A stretch of 32,000 nucleotides of DNA from Candidatus Heimdallarchaeota archaeon. Its GTDB lineage: Archaea; Asgardarchaeota; Heimdallarchaeia; Heimdallarchaeales; Heimdallarchaeaceae. Numbering within the stretch: the stretch's first letter is position 1; every line of letters begins with the position of its first letter. Shown here piece after piece: positions 25,490 through 32,000 of this stretch. The DNA lies in the NCBI GenBank assembly GCA_030668875.1, contig DAOVER010000010.1:1-32000 (forward strand). Direction: 5' to 3'. Below the pieces are notes generated by a model. The model was not told the DNA's origin. It did no database searches and saw only the letters and a list, made by a program, of their open reading frames with translations. The translations under genes were made by a program, and so were the position numbers.

Positions 25490-25993
25490 GTGAAATTACC
25501 CGTATGTTTAATTGATGCTCAAACAAATACTCTATGCAGAAAATGTAAACAGCTTTACCGTGAAGGAAAAATTAGCGATTCTGACATAGAATTATCAAAG
25601 ATATTGGTTGACCTTTCCAAAGGCAACAAAGCTATGAAGGATATTGCTTTCTATTCATCTGTTGAGCTTGATGATGTTATCATTTTAGTTACAAGAAAAC
25701 AAGATGTCCCACTGCTGTCTAAACCAGAAGTTGTGGATAAAATTAAGCAACATTCTCATAAAGAAGTAAGATTTCTAGAAAAGACAAATGACCCTCGAAG
25801 ACTTGTTGAAAGTCTCATTCATCCAATTCCTGTTGCAAAGGTTTCTACTTTGTATATTCCCCCTTTTAGCGATAAAGAATATAAAATTGAGATTGACAAG
25901 AAGTATAAAAAAGAATTACCAATACCCGAAGGTGTTATCATACAAACAGTCAATTCAGTGCTAAACACAGAAGCATATATTGAATTCACATAG
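25490..25993 (+). CDS. Archaeal NusA-like KH protein (NusA2 type, N-terminal Cys motif)
   Basis: MKLPVCLID...LCRKC...GKISDSDIELSK and KEVRFLEKT.D.RRLVESLIHP motifs. Confidence 0.75.
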   Translation: MKLPVCLIDAQTNTLCRKCKQLYREGKISDSDIELSKILVDLSKGNKAMKDIAFYSSVELDDVIILVTRKQDVPLLSKPEVVDKIKQHSHKEVRFLEKTNDPRRLVESLIHPIPVAKVSTLYIPPFSDKEYKIEIDKKYKKELPIPEGVIIQTVNSVLNTEAYIEFT

Positions 25994-26154
25994 AGGGCAA
26001 AAAGAGATCTCTTACTCTACTAGTAGAGTACAGTGGGTTAGGATTATCAAGAGAAGAATTGTTAATTTGAAACAATAGAAAATATTGTTTTCTATATTAT
26101 TCAACGCTTTCTTATCGTTACAAATTTAAACACATACTTACTATTATCTTCGTA

Positions 26155-26514
26155 ATGTCTTTCATTTATAAACAAGTTATTGCTGTACGAACAGATCTTA
26201 AAATGTCTAAAGGGAAGATTGCTGTTCAAGTTGCACACGGTTCCATTTCAGCATATTTGAAAACAAAAAAACACTATCCAGACTGGGCAGATAAATGGAT
26301 TTCAATGGGGCAAAAAAAAGTTACAGTTAAAGTGAAATCTGAAGAAGAGATTCATGAACTTGCTGAAAAAGCACGAAGGTTGAATATCCCTTTTGCTGTA
26401 ATTAATGATGCTGGATTAACTCAGTTACCTCCAGGAACAACCACAGTAATTGGAATTGGACCATCTTTGGATCAAAATATCGATAAAGTTTCGAAAGAAT
26501 TACCATTATTATAA
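26155..26514 (+). CDS. pth2: Peptidyl-tRNA hydrolase Pth2
   Basis: KQVIAVRTDLKMSKGKIAVQVAH, GQKKV, DAGLTQLPPGT.TVIGIGP motifs. Confidence 0.96.
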   Translation: MSFIYKQVIAVRTDLKMSKGKIAVQVAHGSISAYLKTKKHYPDWADKWISMGQKKVTVKVKSEEEIHELAEKARRLNIPFAVINDAGLTQLPPGTTTVIGIGPSLDQNIDKVSKELPLL

Positions 26515-26526
26515 GAGCTGAAATAA

Positions 26527-27780
26527 ATGAAGAATAACTATTCTTCTGAATTATTAACTCCGTTAATTACAAAATCTCAAGGTATTGGAGGAGAGATTAA
26601 ACATTTTCCTGAAGATTTCATTGTAAGCGAAATAATTGACAAAGAACACAAATTAGATCCACGTTTAGAGAAAATAGAGTTACCAGGAAAACCAGGGTTG
26701 TTTCTCCATTTCGTTTTAGTGAAGAGGGATATTGATACATCTGATGCTTTAGATTGGTTAACTAGATTATGGAAAGTTGAACGCAATGATATAAGCATTG
26801 CAGGCTCAAAGGATAAGAGAGCCTTGACCGCTCAAAGAGTGTGTATTTGGGGTCTAAAAGAAAAATTTGAAAGTGGGGCATTGAGCACTTTAGATTTACC
26901 CAAAATGAAAACGCATTCCTTATGCTTAAGATTAAAAGAGATAAGATTAGGTAATCTTTGGGGAAATGCATTTAACATTATCATCAGAAATATAAACCAA
27001 TTTCAAGAAGAAACACGAAAACTTATCGAAGAATCGCTTGAAGACATTTCTACAAAGGGAGGGGTGTTAAATGGTTTTGGCATTCAAAGATTTGGTGAAT
27101 CAAGGCCTATAACACATCAAGTTGGTAGGATTTTGGTTCAAGGTGACTTTGAACTTGCAATTAAGACATATCTAGGTAAAGTTATTGATGGTGAATCAGA
27201 AGAAGTACAAAAAGCCAGAAAAACCTACTGGGAGACAGAAGATTGTAATGAAGCTCTGGAGCTTTTTCCAAGGTTCTTGACAATCGAAAGGAAACTATTA
27301 AGAGAATTAATCAAACGTAGGATGAACTACGAACAAGTGTTTTTCTCTTTACCTCCACAATTCAGAAAACTATTTGTGCACGCATTCCAAGCAAAGCTTT
27401 TCAACAGATATCTAACTGTAAGATGGAATAAACACAGCCAAAATTTACAAGAAAATATAGCAGGTGAAACTATAAAAGATGGTAGAATTCACGCACCCAT
27501 AATAGGTCGAAAAACGGTTTTATCTGGTGATGTTAGGAATATCTATGAAGAAATCCTTAATGAAGAAGAGATAGATGTTAATATATTTCAAAATCCTATT
27601 ATTCAAAAAATTGGAGGGCAAGGAACGTCTAGAGCCATAAGCTTCTTGCCTGATGATCTACAGATTGAAAATGTACTAGAAGATGAAACTAATAGTACGA
27701 AAACAAAAACAGAAATTAGTTTCAAAATCCCAAAGGGTTCATACGCAACAGAATTATTGCGAGAGATCATGAAAAATTAG
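26527..27780 (+). CDS. truD: tRNA pseudouridine(13) synthase
   Basis: GIGGEIK..PEDFIV, AGSKDKRALT.Q, LGNLWGNAF, NGFGIQRFG and F.IPKGSYATELLRE motifs. Confidence 0.95.
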   Translation: MKNNYSSELLTPLITKSQGIGGEIKHFPEDFIVSEIIDKEHKLDPRLEKIELPGKPGLFLHFVLVKRDIDTSDALDWLTRLWKVERNDISIAGSKDKRALTAQRVCIWGLKEKFESGALSTLDLPKMKTHSLCLRLKEIRLGNLWGNAFNIIIRNINQFQEETRKLIEESLEDISTKGGVLNGFGIQRFGESRPITHQVGRILVQGDFELAIKTYLGKVIDGESEEVQKARKTYWETEDCNEALELFPRFLTIERKLLRELIKRRMNYEQVFFSLPPQFRKLFVHAFQAKLFNRYLTVRWNKHSQNLQENIAGETIKDGRIHAPIIGRKTVLSGDVRNIYEEILNEEEIDVNIFQNPIIQKIGGQGTSRAISFLPDDLQIENVLEDETNSTKTKTEISFKIPKGSYATELLREIMKN

Positions 27781-27892
27781 CATTTATTTCTCCATTAATG
27801 ATGTATGTAGGGAATTATTCAAATAAGGAAGAAAAATTATAGAAAATAACGCACATTATACATATTTATCGCGAAAAATATCAGAGAGTGAA

Positions 27893-28762
27893 TTGAAAAT
27901 GTTTACCTTGATAGACCGTAAGGATGTAACAGCAGAGAGTGTTTGGTTTAAAATTGAAGCCCCAGACGTTGCAAGGGTATGCAAAGCTGGACAGTTTGTA
28001 ATTATTAGAACAGATGATAAAGGTGAAAGAATTCCTTTAACCATTGCAGATTGGGATGCAAATGAAGGATGGATAACAGTTATCTTTCAAAAAGTTGGAG
28101 CTAGCACTTATGAACTAGCAGATTTACTAAAAGGGGACAATTTACGTGATTGTGTGGGACCTTTAGGGATTCCAACCCATGTTGAAAATGCTGGTAACAC
28201 CATAGTAATTGGTGGAGGGCTAGGTATTGCAATTGCGACACCAGTTGCTAGGGCATACAAGCAAGCTGGAAATTATACCGAAGTTATTATCGGAGTTAGA
28301 AATAAAGAATTATTGTTCAATGTTGATGAGATTAAAGAATTTGCAGATAACCTACACATCTGCACAGATGATGGATCAGAGGGAAGACATGGGTTTGTTA
28401 CAGATCAACTATTAGAGATGATTGAAAGCGGTCAAAAAATTAACACAGTCTTTTGTGTTGGTCCTCCAATCATGATGAAATTTGTTTCGAAAGTAACAGA
28501 ACCTTTCAACATCAAGACTATAGCGAGTCTTAATACTATAATGTTGGATGGCACTGGTATGTGTGGTGCATGTCGAGTAACAGTGGGGGGAGAAACCAAA
28601 TTTGCTTGTGTTGATGGACCTGACTTCGATGCTCATTTAGTCGAATGGGAAGAAACAATGTCACGATTATCTAGCTATAAAGAAGAAGAGAAAGAAGCTA
28701 TGGATTATTATCAGAAGCATCGTGAAGGTTGTCAACGTGATAAAAAGGGTGAACGGAAATGA
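27893..28762 (+). CDS. nfnA: NADH-dependent ferredoxin:NADP+ oxidoreductase small subunit (NfnA/NfnS, SudB-like)
   Basis: AGQFVIIR..KGERIPLTIAD, GPLG, GGGLG, DGTGMCGACRV..CVDGPDFD motifs. ATG at 27899 is possible. Confidence 0.88.
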   Translation: MKMFTLIDRKDVTAESVWFKIEAPDVARVCKAGQFVIIRTDDKGERIPLTIADWDANEGWITVIFQKVGASTYELADLLKGDNLRDCVGPLGIPTHVENAGNTIVIGGGLGIAIATPVARAYKQAGNYTEVIIGVRNKELLFNVDEIKEFADNLHICTDDGSEGRHGFVTDQLLEMIESGQKINTVFCVGPPIMMKFVSKVTEPFNIKTIASLNTIMLDGTGMCGACRVTVGGETKFACVDGPDFDAHLVEWEETMSRLSSYKEEEKEAMDYYQKHREGCQRDKKGERK

Positions 28763-30195
28763 CTGCACAAAGAAAACCTCGACCTCAACTTATTCGAACC
28801 AAACTTCCAATGCCTTGTCAAGAACCATCAGATCGTGTTCAGAATTTTGACGAGGTACCTTACGGTTACAATGAAGCTGAAGCAGTTTTTGAAGCTCAAC
28901 GTTGCCTTAAATGTAAAAATCAGCCTTGTGTTAGTGGATGTCCTGTTGAAGTACCAATTCGTGATTTTATTTCACTAGTAAAAGAGAGAAAGTTTCTGGA
29001 AGCTGCCGTTTTAATCAAAACAAAGAATAGTTTACCAGCTGTTACCGGTAGAGTCTGCCCACAAGAATCACAATGTGAAGCAAAATGTGTAATGGGGAGG
29101 AGACATCAACCAGTTGCAATTGGTAATTTAGAACGATTTGTAGCTGATTATGCTCGAGATCATGGTGAAGAGGTCCCTAAACTTCCTAGTTCAACGGGTA
29201 AAAACATTGCAATTGTTGGGGCGGGCCCAGCCGGTTTAACTTGTGCAGGAGATTTAGCTTTGTTGGGTCATAAAGTAACGATCTATGAGGCTTTACACGC
29301 ACCAGGTGGAGTTCTCATTTATGGTATACCCGAATTTCGTCTTCCTAAGGGTATTGTAAAGTATGAAATTGATTTTCTTAAGAAACTAGGAGTAAAAATA
29401 AATTTAGATTTCATCGTTGGTAGTAATAAAACCGTAGATGAGCTCTTAGCAGAATTTGATGCAGTATTTATTGGATCGGGCGCAGGTGCTCCGAGATTTT
29501 TAAATATTCCAGGTGTAAATCTAGTCAATGTATATAGTGCAAATGAATACCTTACTCGCGTTAATCTCTTAAAAGGGTACAAATTTCCCGAATATAAAAC
29601 ACCTGTCAAACGCGGAAAAACGGTTTTGATAATAGGAGCAGGTAATGTTGCAATGGATTCAGCTAGAACCGCGAAACGTCTTGGAGCTGAACATTCAATT
29701 ATAATCTATCGAAGAAGTAAGAAAGAATGTCCTGCTAGACAAGAAGAGGTTCATCATGCGGATGAAGAAGACATTGAGTTTCGATTTCTAACTAATCCAA
29801 TTCGAGTGATTGGTGATGAATTAGGAAAAGTAAAAGCTGTTGAATGTCTTCAATATGAACTTGGAGAACCTGACGAAACCGGTAGAGCAAAACCCATCCC
29901 AATACCTGGTTCTGAGCATCTTGTAGAATGTGAGGTTGTTGTTATAGCTGTAGGAAATGACCCGAATCCAACTATTCCTCGTACAACACCTGATCTTGAG
30001 GTATCACGTTGGGGAACCATTGTTACTGATAGAAATACTGGAAAAACAAGTAAGGATAGAGTCTATGCTGGTGGAGATATTGCAACCGGAGCTGCTACTG
30101 TTATAGCCGCAATGGGTGCAGGGAAAATTGCGGCAAAAGATATACACAAACAAATCATGGGCATTGAAGACGAAAAAATTGTAGAGTCTTCATAA
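28759..30195 (+). CDS. nfnB: NADH-dependent ferredoxin:NADP+ oxidoreductase large subunit (NfnB/NfnL, SudA/GltD-like)
   Basis: RCLKC...CVSGCPV, GRVCPQESQCEAKC, GAGPAG, YGIPEFRLPK, GAGNVAMD and GGDIATGAATVIAAM motifs; 4-bp overlap with nfnA. Confidence 0.88.
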   Translation: MTAQRKPRPQLIRTKLPMPCQEPSDRVQNFDEVPYGYNEAEAVFEAQRCLKCKNQPCVSGCPVEVPIRDFISLVKERKFLEAAVLIKTKNSLPAVTGRVCPQESQCEAKCVMGRRHQPVAIGNLERFVADYARDHGEEVPKLPSSTGKNIAIVGAGPAGLTCAGDLALLGHKVTIYEALHAPGGVLIYGIPEFRLPKGIVKYEIDFLKKLGVKINLDFIVGSNKTVDELLAEFDAVFIGSGAGAPRFLNIPGVNLVNVYSANEYLTRVNLLKGYKFPEYKTPVKRGKTVLIIGAGNVAMDSARTAKRLGAEHSIIIYRRSKKECPARQEEVHHADEEDIEFRFLTNPIRVIGDELGKVKAVECLQYELGEPDETGRAKPIPIPGSEHLVECEVVVIAVGNDPNPTIPRTTPDLEVSRWGTIVTDRNTGKTSKDRVYAGGDIATGAATVIAAMGAGKIAAKDIHKQIMGIEDEKIVESS

Positions 30196-30202
30196 TGGAG
30201 TT

Positions 30203-30646
30203 TTATTCCTGTCTCCTTACCATCAAATATGCGTCACTATTATCCTGATAATATTTTCTTATTCTTGATTCAATTTTAAACTGTAAAGATTCATACAATT
30301 CTATTGCTTTTTGATTGTCGACGTTTACTTCTAATTTCACACTGTTGAATTCTGAGCTTTTTAACTGATTCAGAAAATGTATTAGTAATTCTTTCCCCAA
30401 TCCTTCTCCCCTGAAACTTTCGAGAATAGCAAAAGATAGTATGTGAGCTTGCTTAGGAATCGGGGTGTATCCACCCAAAAGAAAGCCTATCATCTTTTCA
30501 TTCTGTTCAAGAACGAAGCATAACTTAGGGGCACCAAAATAGAGACTCCCAATGAGTATTTCACCAAAAGGGTATGGAAAACTTCTGCGTTCTATTTCAT
30601 AAACCAAGGGGATATCTTTTATCGTCATTTGTCGTATTTTGTTCAT
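30203..30646 (-). CDS. rimI: RimI/Ard1-type N-acetyltransferase (GNAT)
   Basis: AHILSFAI...FRGEGLG, LEVNVDN..AI.LY...F and YYQDNSDAYLM motifs. Confidence 0.88.
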   Translation of the reverse strand: MNKIRQMTIKDIPLVYEIERRSFPYPFGEILIGSLYFGAPKLCFVLEQNEKMIGFLLGGYTPIPKQAHILSFAILESFRGEGLGKELLIHFLNQLKSSEFNSVKLEVNVDNQKAIELYESLQFKIESRIRKYYQDNSDAYLMVRRQE

Positions 30647-30802
30647 GAAGTACTTGCAGCTCCTAGAGACTTAGTTATATCTTCGTTTAAGTTTTTTTAG
30701 TTTTCTCAATGACCGTCGTCAACTGAAGAGTAAAAACTTACTCAATCTTGTTGTGAAGAAAAAGGGAGGAAGAATTTAGAGGAAATAGAAGAAAGAGAGC
30801 AT

Positions 30803-31393
30803 ATGTTAGTAAGAATTGGGATAGCAGCAAAGTTACAAGGAGTGTCAACAAGCACGTTAAGACGATGGGAAAAGGAAGAGAAATTATTACCAGAGAGAAG
30901 AACAAGGGGAGGAGATAGGAGATATTTACTTGTACAAGCAATGAACATAGAAAAAGAGAGAGAGGAAGGAAGGCAAAAGAGAATAGTAATTGGATATGCG
31001 AGAGTAAGTGCAGCGAAGCAAAAAAAAGAATTGCAGAACCAGAAAGAACAACTACAAAAGTTTGCCAAACAGCAAGGGTGGAAAATGGGAAAAATTTTTG
31101 CTGATATTGCTTCAGGAATGAATGAGCAACGAAAAGGTTTGCAAAAATTACTGAATGAAGTGGCAACAACTAGTCCTTTTGCTGTTATCTGTACCTATGA
31201 AGATAGATTGGCAAGGTTTGGAACAAAAGTGATCAAACACTACTGGCAAGCATTTTCAACAAGCATAGTAATTATGCATGAACAACGAAGTGCTTCTAAG
31301 GAGGAACGATTGGTGGGAGATATGATTGCCTTGATAACCTCCTTTGCTGGAAGACTACACAGACAAAGGAGAGGGAAAGCTCCTCCTTGCTGA
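30803..31393 (+). CDS. tnpA: IS607 transposase TnpA (MerR-like HTH plus serine recombinase)
   Basis: AAKLQGVSTSTLRRWE..TRGGDRRY, GYARVS (catalytic Ser), DIASGMNEQRKGL, EDRLARFG and DMIALITSFAGRL motifs. Confidence 0.93.
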   Translation: MLVRIGIAAKLQGVSTSTLRRWEKEEKLLPERRTRGGDRRYLLVQAMNIEKEREEGRQKRIVIGYARVSAAKQKKELQNQKEQLQKFAKQQGWKMGKIFADIASGMNEQRKGLQKLLNEVATTSPFAVICTYEDRLARFGTKVIKHYWQAFSTSIVIMHEQRSASKEERLVGDMIALITSFAGRLHRQRRGKAPPC

Positions 31394-31399
31394 CTTTTC

Positions 31400-31490
31400 T
31401 TCCCCTCAACGCACGTGAGGGGACCCACCTAAACGACGGTTAGACCGCCTCTGGCAAGTTTGACCAAGTTTCATAACGTGCGTTTGTTAA
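31400..31490 (+). ncRNA. omegaRNA-like pseudoknotted right-end RNA (candidate)
   Basis: Hairpin CCCCTCA/TGAGGGG (31402-31422); its loop region AACGCACGT (31408-31416) is perfectly complementary to ACGTGCGTT (31476-31484). Confidence 0.5.
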
Positions 31491-31548
31491 GGATACAAAC
31501 TTTTAAACAAAGTAATTTGAACGTGATTCAACGAGAAGACTGAATGAG

Positions 31549-31974
31549 TTGTTTAACTTGAGTAAAAAATTAGCAGCTGATTATGAACGAAAAATAGCAA
31601 ACAGATTATGGGAATATGGGTTTGCAGTTATGCGAGCACCTTCTTCCTCAGGAACAAGTCTTATGCCTAGACCGGATGTATTAGCAGGATCAGCAGAGAA
31701 AGGGTTGATACTAACATTAGAAATAAAAACATGCAGACAAAATACCTTTTACGTCCAAAAACATCAAGTTGAAGGGTTGATGGAATTTGCTAAACGAATT
31801 GGAGGACAACCTTATCTAGCGGTCAAATTTGTTGGAAAAAGAATGGGTTTTCTTTTTCTAGAAGTTCCTGATGGTCTCACACAAAGCAGTGGAGATAGCT
31901 ATCGAGTGAATTTTAATGATTTGAGAGAAAATGGAATAGATTTTTTAACTCTAATTAAAGAAGGGGAAGCATAA
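31549..31974 (+). CDS. hjc: Holliday junction resolvase Hjc
   Basis: ERKIANRLWEYGFAVMRAPSS...PDVLAG..LEIKT..QVEGLMEFAKRIGG.PYLAVKF. Confidence 0.93.
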   Translation: MFNLSKKLAADYERKIANRLWEYGFAVMRAPSSSGTSLMPRPDVLAGSAEKGLILTLEIKTCRQNTFYVQKHQVEGLMEFAKRIGGQPYLAVKFVGKRMGFLFLEVPDGLTQSSGDSYRVNFNDLRENGIDFLTLIKEGEA

Positions 31975-32000
31975 AAAAATATGAAAAGATTTCAAAACAA

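Larger units (their letters stand above)
30705..31492 (+). mobile_element. IS607-family element lacking tnpB (boundaries approximate)
   Basis: tnpA serine recombinase plus a structured ~95-nt right end, lying between the divergent rimI and hjc promoters. Exact ends were not determined. Confidence 0.75.

Noticed and set aside
30738-31169. Two hydrophobic minus-strand ORFs (143 and 108 aa) resembling membrane proteins
   Set aside because: They mirror the purine-rich tnpA coding strand.
1-32000. CRISPR array, cas genes, rRNA, integrase or prophage
   Set aside because: No regularly spaced repeats, rRNA-like tracts or viral genes were seen.

Overview
AT-rich archaeal chromosomal window. The gene set (aEF-1beta, L40e, archaeal TyrRS, exosome-type DnaG, ArcS/RaSEA, GGR, Hjc, NfnAB) plus longin/roadblock-like, V4R/TRAPP-like and C2-like ORFs suggests an Asgard archaeon, possibly Heimdallarchaeia; this is inference only. 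Most of the window is housekeeping: flavin cofactor synthesis, tRNA modification, translation and redox. It opens with a complete IS481 (1-1004) and has a TnpA-only IS607 derivative near the end (~30705-31492). It carries tRNA-Lys(UUU) with a 34-nt intron and tRNA-Val(CAC). The main leads are: (1) an orphan C5-methyltransferase with a DNMT2-like SPPCEPFT motif starting 24 nt after tRNA-Val(CAC); (2) an adjacent ~235-nt GC-rich, highly structured non-coding segment of unknown family; (3) a four-gene operon of two coiled-coil micro-proteins, a large coiled-coil ArsR-type regulator and an unknown gene; (4) an IS607 lacking tnpB that keeps a pseudoknotted omegaRNA-like right end; (5) a tRNA intron with a broken BHB helix that retains the eukaryote-style A-I pair; (6) a thermosome-fragment chimera fused in frame to a 131-bp duplicated gene end; (7) an AT-hook inside DnaG. 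All family assignments come from motif recognition by eye, with no database searches.
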